64,000 nucleotides of DNA from an uncultured Acidobacteriota bacterium. Lineage in GTDB: Bacteria; Acidobacteriota; UBA6911; RPQK01; JAPXNP01. The translations under genes were made by a program, and so were the position numbers. The stretch covers positions 672,001 to 736,000 of the forward strand of contig CAVZRV010000007.1 in the NCBI GenBank assembly GCA_963777605.1. The letters run 5' to 3'. Below, in pieces: positions 29,095 through 39,261 of the stretch (the stretch's first letter is position 1; the number at the start of each line of letters is the position of its first letter). The notes under the pieces were generated by a model. That model was given only the letters and a program-made list of their open reading frames with translations, made no database searches and was not told the DNA's origin.

Positions 29095-30750
29095 TCAAGG
29101 CTTCACGAACGACGTGTAGGCAATCGACTTCTGGACACCGGCACCCGAAGGAGCGGTTCCAACAACCCGAAGCACGACCCCCGAACCGGAAGCAACAGCC
29201 GTCACGGCGTCCTTGAAGGCTTTCGCCGTCATGACCGGCTGGCCGTTGACGTGGGTGATGACCAGGCGCGGACGGAGTCCGGCATCATCCGCCAGGCTGG
29301 CCGGGGTCACATCTAGAATCAGAACACCCTTCTCATCGGGAAGCTTCAGTTCCTCGGCGTCCCGCTCCGTCAGGGTCTGAAACTCGAGCCCGATCTCCTT
29401 GGGCTTCTCGGCAGGTGCCGGTTCTTCCTCAAATGAATAGCCCTTGCTGTCGGCCCGCGCCTGGGCTTCAAGAGTGCGCTCAGCCAACTCCACCTGGGTT
29501 TGGACGATCTCACCATGGCGCACCACGATAACCGGGACTTTCTTTCCGGGAGGCGTATTCGCCACAGCCGTTCGCAAGTCCCAAAGGCCTTCGATTTCAC
29601 GACCACCAAACTTGACGATCACATCTTCGGGGCGGATCCCGGCCTTTGCTGCCGGCCCGCTGTCACTGGGCTCTCCGGTTTCATCGATCAACTGAGTGAT
29701 CACGACACCGTCGCCGTCCTTGATGCCTTCCTTGTCCTTGCCGACGACACCGAAGTACTTCGCCAGTTCCGGGGACATGGGGAAGGTGTTCATGGAAACG
29801 CCAAGCCAGCCGCGCTGGATCTTGCCGCCATTGATCAGCTGATTATAGGAGTTCACGAAAACAGCCGACGGGATCGCAAAACCAATCCCGGCAAACTGCC
29901 CCGTCCGAGTCGAGATGAACGTATTGATCCCGACGATCTGACCATTCAGGTTGACCAGAGGACCTCCACTGTTGCCCGGGTTGATGGCCGCGTCGGTCTG
30001 AATGTAGTCACTGAACGACTGGGTTTCCGGGACCACCCGCTTGGTGGCCGAAACAATGCCCGCGGTCACCGTCTGCTCGTAGCCGAAGGGACTCCCGACC
30101 GCGATCACCCAGTCTCCGACCTGGAGGTCGGAGGAATTTCCGACTTTCGCGAAGGGAAGCGATTTGCCGACATCGATCTTGAGCACCGAAATATCAGACT
30201 CAGGATCGACCCCGACGACCCGGGCTTCGTACGTTTCGCCCCCCTGGAGCTGAACGTCGATTCGATCCGCCAGCCGGGGGCCGGAGCGATCCGCCGTCGG
30301 CGCCACGACATGATAGTTGCTCAGGATGTAACCTTCGGGATTGACGATCACGCCCGAACCCAGGCTGGCGCGCTTCTGACGGCTCGGGCCACTTCCTTCG
30401 GGACCACCGAAGAATCGCTGCCAGAAATCATCTCCGAAGAACTCCTTCATCTCCGGATGGGGATTGCTGCGGGAAACTTCCACGATCGACTCGGTGCTGA
30501 TGTTCACCACAGCCGGCTCAATAATACCGGCCACTTCGCGGAAAGCCTGCTGGAGTTGCAGCGCAGCTGAATCCGACGAAGAGGACTCCGCATCCCCCTC
30601 AATCTTGAGTTCCGCAATTTTCTCCTGGGTCGCGCTGGCAACAGGGTCGGACACCACCGATCCGATGACGATGCCCAATGCCACCGCAACTACAAGGGCA
30701 ATAAAAATCAGACCCTTTCGAGTCTGAAACCACAATTGACGATTTTCCAT
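29095..30750 (-). CDS. Do/DegP-family serine endoprotease with two PDZ domains
   Basis: GSGVI, SNYHVV, D-loop, QTDAAINPGNSGGPL, two PDZ domains; GGAGG SD supports ATG 30750. Confidence 0.93.
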   Translation of the reverse strand: MENRQLWFQTRKGLIFIALVVAVALGIVIGSVVSDPVASATQEKIAELKIEGDAESSSSDSAALQLQQAFREVAGIIEPAVVNISTESIVEVSRSNPHPEMKEFFGDDFWQRFFGGPEGSGPSRQKRASLGSGVIVNPEGYILSNYHVVAPTADRSGPRLADRIDVQLQGGETYEARVVGVDPESDISVLKIDVGKSLPFAKVGNSSDLQVGDWVIAVGSPFGYEQTVTAGIVSATKRVVPETQSFSDYIQTDAAINPGNSGGPLVNLNGQIVGINTFISTRTGQFAGIGFAIPSAVFVNSYNQLINGGKIQRGWLGVSMNTFPMSPELAKYFGVVGKDKEGIKDGDGVVITQLIDETGEPSDSGPAAKAGIRPEDVIVKFGGREIEGLWDLRTAVANTPPGKKVPVIVVRHGEIVQTQVELAERTLEAQARADSKGYSFEEEPAPAEKPKEIGLEFQTLTERDAEELKLPDEKGVLILDVTPASLADDAGLRPRLVITHVNGQPVMTAKAFKDAVTAVASGSGVVLRVVGTAPSGAGVQKSIAYTSFVKP

Positions 30751-30954
30751 TCGTTCCTCCAAATGAAACGGATGCTCCCGACGCAAAATCAGTTCCAAAA
30801 ATGCGCCAAGACAAGTTGCCGCCCGGCAGAATGCTCCAGTTCGAACGACTGCGAGCGGTTCCCCCGTTTGCCCAAAACGGGCGACAGGCTGGGCACCGGC
30901 AGAAACCGACTCACTCAATTATACGAATCTATTCGAATGCGAGTTCTCATTCAC

Positions 30955-32310
30955 TCAATTTCCCGAACTCGCGGACCCCTTCCGGAAGTACCGCCTGGCG
31001 GCGGCCACGACCTTCGGGGAAAGGAGCAGCACCGCGATCATGTTCGGAAATGCCATGAGGGCGAAGGCCGTGTCGATCAGGTTGACCACGGCACGGGCAC
31101 TCCAGACTGCCGCAACCCAGAGCGAACCCAGGTAGATGAAATCGTAGATGCGTTCCCGTTCCGCTCCAAACAGGAAGCTGAAGCACTTCTTTCCATAGTA
31201 CGAGTAGCCGAACATGGTCGAGAGGGCGAACAGCGTCACGACAACGGTCAGGAGAAGTAGGCCGGCAGATCCCATCGACTCCTCGAACGCCTTTGCCGTG
31301 AGGGTGACCCCCTCGATCCCGGCGGTCTCCCGCCACAGACCGCTGCTCAGAATGACGAACGCGGTGAGCGAACAGACGGCTAACGTGTCGATGACCGGCT
31401 CGATCATCGCAGCAAGGCCCTCCTGAATCGGCTCGCTCGTCTTGGCGGCTCCGTGGGCCATGGGAGAGGTGCCGATGCCGGCCTCGTTGGAAAACGCGGC
31501 TCGCTTGATCCCGGTCTGGATAACAGCGATGAGACCGATCCCCGCCGCTCCACCCGCCGCGGCAGTTCCAGTGAAAGCATCGTGAAAAACGAGTTCCACC
31601 ACTTCGGGAAGGCGGTGAAGGTTTGTCGATGCAATGATCAGGGCACCGATGAGATAGAGAAGACACATCGCCGGCACGAGCGCGCTCGCGACGCGGGCGA
31701 TCCGGGTGACGCCTCCCAAAACAACGATTCCGACCAGAACCATCGTCAGCAACCCGGTCGTTGAACGATTGAGCCCGTATGTCAGGTCGAGCATCTCCGC
31801 CAACTGGTTCGCCTGGAAAAGAGCCAGGCAGCCGACCGTTCCGCAGAGAGAGAAGAACAGCGCCAGTGGGCGGGCCTTTGGGCCCAGCCCCTCCTGCATA
31901 TAGTACATCGGCCCGCCCTGGAGCCTGCCGAGGGAGTCCCTTCCGCGAAACATGACCGCCAGCGAGCAGGAAAAGAACTTGGTGGCCATGCCCACAAAAG
32001 CGGCGACCCACATCCAGAACAATGCACCCGGGCCTCCCTGGGTGATCGCGATCGCAACTCCACCTATATTGCCCATTCCGACCGTCGCCGCAAGAGCCGT
32101 GCTGACCGCCTGGAACTGGCTGATCTCCCCCGGGTCCTGGTCGCGCCGGTAATCTCCCCGGAGAACCTTCCAGGTCTGACCCAGACGGATCAGGGGCAAG
32201 AACCTGGAATAGAGAAGGAGCACACTGCCACCACCGACAAGAAGAATGAGCAGGGGCATTCCCCAGGCATATCCCACTGCGGCTGCGAGCAGTCGATCAA
32301 TTGTCGCCAT
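30955..32310 (-). CDS. Alanine/glycine:cation symporter (AGCS, AlsT-like)
   Basis: ATVGMGNIGGVA, GGPGALFWMW, GGPMYY, FSNEAGIG. Confidence 0.93.
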   Translation of the reverse strand: MATIDRLLAAAVGYAWGMPLLILLVGGGSVLLLYSRFLPLIRLGQTWKVLRGDYRRDQDPGEISQFQAVSTALAATVGMGNIGGVAIAITQGGPGALFWMWVAAFVGMATKFFSCSLAVMFRGRDSLGRLQGGPMYYMQEGLGPKARPLALFFSLCGTVGCLALFQANQLAEMLDLTYGLNRSTTGLLTMVLVGIVVLGGVTRIARVASALVPAMCLLYLIGALIIASTNLHRLPEVVELVFHDAFTGTAAAGGAAGIGLIAVIQTGIKRAAFSNEAGIGTSPMAHGAAKTSEPIQEGLAAMIEPVIDTLAVCSLTAFVILSSGLWRETAGIEGVTLTAKAFEESMGSAGLLLLTVVVTLFALSTMFGYSYYGKKCFSFLFGAERERIYDFIYLGSLWVAAVWSARAVVNLIDTAFALMAFPNMIAVLLLSPKVVAAARRYFRKGSASSGN

Positions 32311-32326
32311 AGGCTAACCAGTTGAC

Positions 32327-34561
32327 TCAGGCAGGCTTCAGTTTCGCATAACTCTGCAACAGTTTCTTGACTCCAAGCCCTGGAAATCGGACCGTGACCT
32401 TCAGATCGTCGCCGGTCGATTCCACGTCGAGAACCTGTCCTTTTCCAAAGCGCTCGTGAACGATCAGGGTTCCCTTCTGCAGGCCGCCGCTCGACTTCTT
32501 CGAGGTCCGGTTCGCGAGGGCCTGCTTGATGCTTTCCGGGGAATTGTAGGTTCGCCCCGAAAAGTTCGACTTTGGTTTGGCCGGCACGCTCAGGGACGAG
32601 GCCTGCAAGTGCACCGGCGCCGCAAACGAACGAGAACCGTGAAAACCGGCCGAGTAACGATTCTCGATCAACTCGGTCGGGATCTCATGGAGGAAGCGAC
32701 TCGGCTGGTTGATCTCGTTGCTGTCCCGACCGAAAAACCGACGGTGGCGGGAATAACTGAGATAGAGCCGCCGACGCGCGCGGGTCAGTCCCACGTAGCA
32801 AAGCCGGCGCTCTTCCTCGAGGTCGTTTTCGGCAATCGAACGGCTGTGGGGGAAGAGGCCCTCCTCGCACCCGGCCAGGAAGACCACCGGGAACTCCAGG
32901 CCTTTCGCATTGTGAAGCGTCATCAGGGTGACATCCGCGGTTTCATCGACGTCATCGAGTTCGGTGTGAAGGGCCGCTTCATCCAGAAACTGTTGCCAAG
33001 ATTCCGCCCCCTCGTATTCGCGGGCAACATTCATCAGTTCCTTCAGATTGAGGATCCGGTTGGAGGCTTCCTCCGAGCCGTCCTCTTCCAGCCAGCGAAA
33101 ATAGCCGACCTTCTTGAGGATCTTCTCCATCGCCAGGTGCAGCGGTAAATCCCTCATCTCACGACACGCCTCAACCAGGTCGGCGAAGTCCTGCAGAGCC
33201 CGGTGCGTCCGGGCAGGGAACTCCTGATCGGCAAGGGACTTCAGGATCGCCTCCCAGATCGGGATGGAGTGGTCGGATGACATCCGCAGAAGCCGGCTTC
33301 GGGTCCGTTCCCCTATTCTCCGGGGGGGTTCATTCAGAATTCGTCCCAGAGAAACATCGTCTCCGGGATTGAGGACGACTCGCAGGTAAGCCGTCGCGTC
33401 CCGCACCTCGCGACGATGGTAGAAGCTGACTCCCCCCACCAGCTTGTAGGGGATCGACAGCCGGCGAAACGCCTCTTCAAACTGCCGCGACTGGAAGTTT
33501 GTGCGATAGAGAACCGCAATGCTGCGAATGCCGTCCTGCCGATGCAGGTAGGTCTGCTGGGCCACGAATGCCGCCTCGGTCCCCGCGTCCTCCGCCACAA
33601 AAACAGTGATCGGCTCTCCCTTGGGTAGTTCCGTCCAAAGCACCTTGTCTTTGCGGTTCAGGTTGTTGGAAACCACCGCCGTCGCTGCACTCAGGATGGT
33701 TTGGCAGGAGCGATAGTTCTGCTCGAGTTTGATTACCACGGCCCCAGGGAAATCGGCCTCAAAACGAAGGATGTTGGTAATGTCGGCGCCCCTGAATCCG
33801 TAGATCGCCTGGTCTTCGTCCCCCACCGCACTGAGGTTCTGATGGGTAACCGTCATGAGGCGAATCATTTCGTACTGGGGTGGGTTCGTGTCCTGGTATT
33901 CGTCGATCAGGAGATAGCGGAAAGTGTCGCCGTATCTGCGGCAGAGCTCAGGATTATCGCGGAACAGCTGCACGCTCAGAATCAGGAGGTCGTCGAAATC
34001 GACGCCGTTGGAACGACGGATCAGTTCCTGGTAGCCCTTGTAGAGTTCGTAAAGGATCTCGGCATCGAAATCACGACTCTCCCTCAGAAAATCTTCGGGA
34101 GACCACCCTCGGTTCTTGGAGCGGCTGATCATGCCTCTCGTCTTCTCGAGAGGCACGTCCTCGTCTTTCAGTTCCCGTTCACGGTAAAGCTGCTTGATCA
34201 ACCGTTTCTGGTCATCGACGTCACAGATGGCGAAGTCGGTACGCAGATCCAGCAACCCGGCGTGGCGACGCAGGAGGCGTACTCCGAAGGAGTGGAAGGT
34301 GCTGATCAAGGGAGCATACATTGAACCGCCCACTAACTCCTGCACCCGGGTACGCATCTCGGCTGCAGCCTTGTTCGTAAAGGTGACCGCGAGGATTTGA
34401 TCGGGGCGGGCAAAACCGTTCTGGATCAGGTAGGCGATCTTGTAGGTGATCGTCCGCGTCTTCCCACTCCCGGCTCCAGCCAGAATCAGGACGGGGCCCT
34501 CCACGTGCCGAACGGCGCGCCACTGTTCCGAGTTCAGCTCTTTCTCGAAGTCAATTGCCAT
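32327..34561 (-). CDS. pcrA: UvrD/PcrA ATP-dependent DNA helicase
   Basis: AGAGSGKT, TFTNKAA, DEYQDTN, VGDEDQ, LEQNYRS, TLHNAKGLEF, EEERRL; C-terminal Tudor-like HERFGKG. Confidence 0.93.
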   Translation of the reverse strand: MAIDFEKELNSEQWRAVRHVEGPVLILAGAGSGKTRTITYKIAYLIQNGFARPDQILAVTFTNKAAAEMRTRVQELVGGSMYAPLISTFHSFGVRLLRRHAGLLDLRTDFAICDVDDQKRLIKQLYRERELKDEDVPLEKTRGMISRSKNRGWSPEDFLRESRDFDAEILYELYKGYQELIRRSNGVDFDDLLILSVQLFRDNPELCRRYGDTFRYLLIDEYQDTNPPQYEMIRLMTVTHQNLSAVGDEDQAIYGFRGADITNILRFEADFPGAVVIKLEQNYRSCQTILSAATAVVSNNLNRKDKVLWTELPKGEPITVFVAEDAGTEAAFVAQQTYLHRQDGIRSIAVLYRTNFQSRQFEEAFRRLSIPYKLVGGVSFYHRREVRDATAYLRVVLNPGDDVSLGRILNEPPRRIGERTRSRLLRMSSDHSIPIWEAILKSLADQEFPARTHRALQDFADLVEACREMRDLPLHLAMEKILKKVGYFRWLEEDGSEEASNRILNLKELMNVAREYEGAESWQQFLDEAALHTELDDVDETADVTLMTLHNAKGLEFPVVFLAGCEEGLFPHSRSIAENDLEEERRLCYVGLTRARRRLYLSYSRHRRFFGRDSNEINQPSRFLHEIPTELIENRYSAGFHGSRSFAAPVHLQASSLSVPAKPKSNFSGRTYNSPESIKQALANRTSKKSSGGLQKGTLIVHERFGKGQVLDVESTGDDLKVTVRFPGLGVKKLLQSYAKLKPA

Positions 34562-34696
34562 TGGTCTCTGCCCCGGAAATGCACAAAAACAGGTCTATCA
34601 GAGTAACACCCCTACACGACAGCCGCGCCAGTAGCTCCCTGGTCAGCCCCGCCCCCGTGCGGTGCGCCGACCATTCGCTGAAGTGAAACTGTTTTC

Positions 34697-34846
34697 GAAT
34701 CGGGAATCAGGAAGCGAGAATGAACCCACACTTCAGCGAGATCAGGCCGCGATGGAGTGAGAAGCACCCGATTTTCGTCATTCGACAACCATTCTCGATG
34801 CTCGCTTCTCGATTCCCGATTCCTCCCCCGGTCTCCGGTCTCCTGT
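34697..34846. repeat. Degenerate heptamer repeats in inverted arrangement
   Basis: GAATCGG GAATCAG GAAGCGA GAATGAA (34697-34724) versus ATTCTCG ATGCTCG CTTCTCG ATTCCCG ATTCCTC (34791-34825), plus GTCTCCG GTCTCCT. Confidence 0.55.
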
Positions 34847-34952
34847 CCGTGAAGTTTAAGGTTCGCGAAAGGGACTGGCCCGGCAAAAAAATTGGGGCGT
34901 ACCCGCGGCCGCGGATACGCCCCTGCAATGACCAGTTGCCGGGCCGGCGGAA

Positions 34953-35951
34953 TCAGTTTCCGGCAGCCCGCTCGAGAAATTCGTCGAAGCCGGCAAGCGA
35001 ACCATTGTGGGTTGCGCGATAGAGCTTCTCCAACTGCTTCCGGCAAGGATCGGCGTAATCCGTCCCGCCGAGAACCGTGCACTTGGCAAAAGACTTCATG
35101 GCCGGTTCAAACTGTTCCTGGTTCCAGTAGGCCATCCCGATAAAATACTCACCCTCGGCCACGCGGGTCTTGTTCTTGGGGGCCAGCTTCAGAGCAGGCT
35201 GGTACATTTTCGGAACATTCGCCCAATTCTTGGTCTCGTAGGCGTGATGCCCCATGATCGTATAGGCCACCGATTTCTCTTCGTTAACGAAGCTCTGCCA
35301 CTCGGCGTCTGGAACCTGGGCCGGCTTGGGCGCTTCGTCAAGGGCCTTGATGCTCAGGTTGGCGTACTTGTCGGCCGTGGCCCAGTCTTTCTTCTGGGCG
35401 TAGTACTTCATGATCGTGGGGAGCAGGTCGTAGCACTGTTCCGGAGAAACGGTCGGGCAGTACTTCTCAGCGAACTCAACCGCCTTCTCGGCGTTGCCCG
35501 AAGAGTTATAGGAACGTGCCAATATCATAACGATCTGCGGATCATCGGGCTTTGCCGCATAGACCTTCTCGCCATACTTGATCGCCTTGTCGTATTGCTG
35601 GGAGAAGTAATCCGACCAAGCCGTCAGATAGAGGATCGTGGCGTTTTCAGGATCGACGTCGTTCAGGAATTTCTCGCCCTGCGTTGCAGCCTTGGCGTAG
35701 TCCCCCTCCTGAACGTAACCATTCAGCAGCTTCGCGTACCCGTCAATCGCGTACTGCTTGAGCGATGACTGCGGATGAGCCTTGATGAAGACAATAATTG
35801 CATCTTCTCCATCCTCCATCGCTTTCTGATATTCGTTGTACTCTTCGATGGTGTAGTCCTGGGCGAAAGCCACACCGGCATTCAGCAGCAGTACGAACCC
35901 AAAGAAGAGAATTCCCCACCCAGATTTCTGTCTCCATTTTTCGCGTGACAT
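34953..35951 (-). CDS. Exported TPR-like protein
   Basis: Signal peptide ending AFA; helical repeats; strong coding-like composition. Confidence 0.8.
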   Translation of the reverse strand: MSREKWRQKSGWGILFFGFVLLLNAGVAFAQDYTIEEYNEYQKAMEDGEDAIIVFIKAHPQSSLKQYAIDGYAKLLNGYVQEGDYAKAATQGEKFLNDVDPENATILYLTAWSDYFSQQYDKAIKYGEKVYAAKPDDPQIVMILARSYNSSGNAEKAVEFAEKYCPTVSPEQCYDLLPTIMKYYAQKKDWATADKYANLSIKALDEAPKPAQVPDAEWQSFVNEEKSVAYTIMGHHAYETKNWANVPKMYQPALKLAPKNKTRVAEGEYFIGMAYWNQEQFEPAMKSFAKCTVLGGTDYADPCRKQLEKLYRATHNGSLAGFDEFLERAAGN

Positions 35952-36125
35952 TATTTGTCAAGGCCTCCATCCAGATTCGTTATTTCTCTCATGCCTTGCT
36001 TGCGAGGTGCCCCCGGCCCGAAGCCGGGCGCGGGAGAAGTTGCCATTGTAAGCACCTGCGAGCTTTCTGGCAATAGTTCTGATGAACGCGGATCCCTAAA
36101 GTTGCGCCCGTATAATGATCTGTAC

Positions 36126-37103
36126 ATGACGACTGGAAAGAGCACCAGCCTCCTGTCCATCCCTGTTGAACAGATCGATTCTACAGATTCGTTCTACTCG
36201 CATCCAACTTGCGACGCAAGCCCCAGTGAGTGCCTCCGAAGATCGATCAGCGCCTGCGGCATCGGCACTCCCCTGGTTCTGGAACCGGCTGGGACCCGGC
36301 GTTTTCGAATCGTGGACGGATTCCGTCGTTACCAGGTTGCTCTCGAACTCGGCTACCGCGAAATCCCGGGAACACTGGTCTCGGGCAATCCCACGGATCA
36401 TTTTCTGCTGGCGATCGCTCTGAACTCCGCGCACCGCAACTGGAGCGAGCTTGACCTCGCCGAACTGGTGGTCCGGCTGGAGCGCGAGTTCGGGCTTACC
36501 CGGGAGCGGGTCACTTCGAAGGTTGGCCCATTGGTCGATCGGCCGCTCCAGGGAGAAGTCCTGATCAGGCTCGAGCGTCTCGGCTCACTTCCGGACCGGC
36601 TTCGGGAAGCCGCCCGCGGCCGCCTCACGTCGTCCGCCGCCCTTTCACTGGCGAAGCTCCCAGAGGAGGACTGGCTCTTCCTGATCGAAGTGGTCGAGAA
36701 CCTCCAACTCGGCCAGAACAAGCAACGGGAAATTCTGGAGTTGTTCGAGGAACTGGTCCGCCGAGAGGAAGTGCGGGCAGCCGAGATTTGGGAACGGAGC
36801 GGTGCCGGGGCCATCGCGCAATCGTCAGAATTGTCTCCATCCGACCGGTTCCAAGGAGTGAAAAGAGCCCTCTGGCGACTTCGCTTCCCTACCCTGAGCC
36901 GCCATGAAGCCCGCTTTCAGGAACTGACGCGAGGAATGAAGCTTCCTCGCGGTGTAGGGGTCCACACGCCCCCCTTCTTTGAAGGTGACCGGCTCGAGAT
37001 CCGGCTCCGTCCCGCTTCTCAGGCAGAACTCCGAGAGGCTCTGGAAAAGCTTTCCTCCGGCCCGGTGCTGGACCGGTTCGAGGAAATATTTGAGATGCTT
37101 TAG
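36126..37103 (+). CDS. ParB/Sulfiredoxin N-terminal domain protein
   Basis: LRRSISACGIGTPLVL...RIVDGFRRYQVA (ParB GxxR arginine patch); helical C-terminus; TATAAT at 36111 supports ATG 36126. Confidence 0.82.
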   Translation: MTTGKSTSLLSIPVEQIDSTDSFYSHPTCDASPSECLRRSISACGIGTPLVLEPAGTRRFRIVDGFRRYQVALELGYREIPGTLVSGNPTDHFLLAIALNSAHRNWSELDLAELVVRLEREFGLTRERVTSKVGPLVDRPLQGEVLIRLERLGSLPDRLREAARGRLTSSAALSLAKLPEEDWLFLIEVVENLQLGQNKQREILELFEELVRREEVRAAEIWERSGAGAIAQSSELSPSDRFQGVKRALWRLRFPTLSRHEARFQELTRGMKLPRGVGVHTPPFFEGDRLEIRLRPASQAELREALEKLSSGPVLDRFEEIFEML

Positions 37104-37105
37104 AT

Positions 37106-38242
37106 ATGCTCCCCTATCGCCCCGAAAAGATCCTGGTCGAGCAGGGTGCGGAAACCAGTTCCGTTACCCGGCGCATACTGGCACGGCTCCCCGACGTTCC
37201 GGTCGAGACGGTGCCCTCTGCCGAAGCCCTGCTCGAATCGAAGAAACGGGAACGGCCCACTCTGACCGAGGCCAAACGGTCACTGCTGCTCGCCCGATTC
37301 AAGGGAGACTTCTTCAAGGAATGTCCCGGCCAGCAAAGCCGGGCGGTCGTTCCCAATGTTTGCTGCGACTACTTCGTCATCAACCTGACCAGCAACTGTC
37401 ACATGGAGTGCACCTACTGCTTCCTTCAGTCCTATCTCACCTTCCCCTACCTGGTCGTCTACGTGAACATCGATGACCTGTTTCGCGAACTGAGCCGGAG
37501 GTTCGCGGCCGAGCCAGATCGGGTCTTTCGAGTCGGAACCGGGGAACTGGCCGACAGCCTGGCCCTCGATCACCTGACGGGCTACGGCCAGAGCCTCGTC
37601 GGATTTTTCGCGACACAGCGGAACGCCATTCTCGAGCTCAAAACCAAGACCGGCATGGTGGATGACCTGATTGGGCTCAGGCACAACCGGAGAACAATCC
37701 TGGCCTGGTCGGTCAATCCTCCGGACGTGGTCCGGCTCGAGGAACTCAAAACGTCTTCCCTTTCGCGACGCCTCTCGGCAGCCTCCCGGTGCTGTGCGGC
37801 CGGCTATCCAATCGGGTTTCACTTCGATCCGCTCGTTCACTACCAGGACTGGGCTCGCGACTACCGGGAACTGGTTGACCGCATCTTCGCCGCGGTACCT
37901 CCCGACCAGGTGGCATGGATCTCCCTGGGCGGATTGCGCATGCCATCAGCACAGCGGGAAGGGATCAAAGAGCGATTCCCCCACAGCTCACTTCCCTACG
38001 GCGAACTGGTCCCGGCCGAAGACGGGAAGCTTCGCTATTTCAAAGCGATACGGCTGGAGATGTACCATTCGCTGCTGGGTTGGATCAGGGAACACTCGCC
38101 CCAGGCCCGGGTCTATACCTGCATGGAGCGCCCGGAGGTCTGGCGGCGGGTATTCGAAGGAACTCCACCATCCAACCGCGAGTTGAATGACTACCTGACC
38201 GGGGAGTGGGCCCCAACTGGGTCCGACCAGGCAGGCCTCTGA
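37106..38242 (+). CDS. Spore photoproduct lyase-like radical SAM protein
   Basis: NCHMECTYCFLQ (CX3CX2C); RVGTGELADSL, LELKTK, GFHFDP, DGKLRYF, YTCME. Confidence 0.88.
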   Translation: MLPYRPEKILVEQGAETSSVTRRILARLPDVPVETVPSAEALLESKKRERPTLTEAKRSLLLARFKGDFFKECPGQQSRAVVPNVCCDYFVINLTSNCHMECTYCFLQSYLTFPYLVVYVNIDDLFRELSRRFAAEPDRVFRVGTGELADSLALDHLTGYGQSLVGFFATQRNAILELKTKTGMVDDLIGLRHNRRTILAWSVNPPDVVRLEELKTSSLSRRLSAASRCCAAGYPIGFHFDPLVHYQDWARDYRELVDRIFAAVPPDQVAWISLGGLRMPSAQREGIKERFPHSSLPYGELVPAEDGKLRYFKAIRLEMYHSLLGWIREHSPQARVYTCMERPEVWRRVFEGTPPSNRELNDYLTGEWAPTGSDQAGL

Positions 38243-38253
38243 CCGAGGAAGCG

Positions 38254-39141
38254 TTAGGCCCGATTGGCGTCCAGGCAGTCGATGACCGCCGGCGCAATAT
38301 CATCGAGAGCGGCGGTCGAGTCAAAGTGCTCCCGGATCGGTCCCCAGAGCAGAGTGGGAACCTCGTTCAAGGTATGGGTCTTTCTGCTGAAATCTTCGAA
38401 ATTTCCATGATCGCTGCAGACCAGCAACGAAACAGTCTCCGGGTCGATCTCATCAACCAGTGCAGCCAGGAAGTCATCCAGGCAACGGGCCAGGTTCACT
38501 CCCTCGTCCAACGTGCCCCGGTGACCGACGAGATCAGTCATGAAGTACTCGTACAGGACCAGGTCGAACGGGCCGGAGAGCGCAGCCAGAATCTCGGCGG
38601 CACGGCGGGAAGTAAACGTCTTCACCTCCGCGTCGCGGTCCCGTAGCCACTGGTTCGTGAAATCCATGAAAAGGCCTCGATTTTCGCGGAGGTCGTCCAT
38701 CGTTCGAAGCGGTACACCGGCCGACTCGCACATCACCGTGGTCGCTGAGACCCACCGGGGACGCGATTGGAAGAAGCGAGGGGTGTAAACGTTCGCAAAC
38801 GTCACCGGACGTCCCCGGTCGCGCATCCGCCGGAAAAGGGAACCCTCAGCAAGTTTCTCTCGCAGTACCCGGTTTGGAAATCCCTGGAGATGGTAGCCCA
38901 GCAGGAGGGCAGCGTTTTCACCCGTAAAGAGAGTCGTCTGCCCGGTCGCGCTCTGGGGCAAGCCTTCGACAGACAAAGTTGCGTCTGTGCGGACACAAAC
39001 GCCTCCCTTGGGAAGAGAAGTTTGCCTTTCCTGAAAGAAATTGAGGACTGCGCCCGAGAACCGAGCCATCGGATTGACCGCAGGATCTTTCGGGCCGATC
39101 CCGAGGCCATCGATAAAAACCAGGATCATCTTGCTCTTCAT
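38254..39141 (-). CDS. Metalloenzyme (alkaline phosphatase superfamily; PGM/phosphopentomutase-like)
   Basis: FIDGLG, PQSATGQT, DLVGH, SDHGNFED, HT motifs. Confidence 0.82.
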   Translation of the reverse strand: MKSKMILVFIDGLGIGPKDPAVNPMARFSGAVLNFFQERQTSLPKGGVCVRTDATLSVEGLPQSATGQTTLFTGENAALLLGYHLQGFPNRVLREKLAEGSLFRRMRDRGRPVTFANVYTPRFFQSRPRWVSATTVMCESAGVPLRTMDDLRENRGLFMDFTNQWLRDRDAEVKTFTSRRAAEILAALSGPFDLVLYEYFMTDLVGHRGTLDEGVNLARCLDDFLAALVDEIDPETVSLLVCSDHGNFEDFSRKTHTLNEVPTLLWGPIREHFDSTAALDDIAPAVIDCLDANRA

Positions 39142-39261
39142 GGTGATACCCGATTCCGTCATCGGCGGCGGTTCCCGTACACGAGGGGTTAAAGCAGTGC
39201 CGCGGTCCGATATAATGACCACTTCCGAAGAGGTTTCAACTTCCCTTTCGCGAAGGTAACC

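Noticed and set aside
34562-34952. Possible ncRNA (SRP, 6S or riboswitch) upstream of pcrA
   Set aside because: No recognisable conserved motif; the structure is explained by degenerate heptamers.
36126-37103. Chromosome-partition ParB or origin region
   Set aside because: No parA, gidAB or dnaA nearby, no evident parS palindrome, and the C-terminus is unlike Spo0J.
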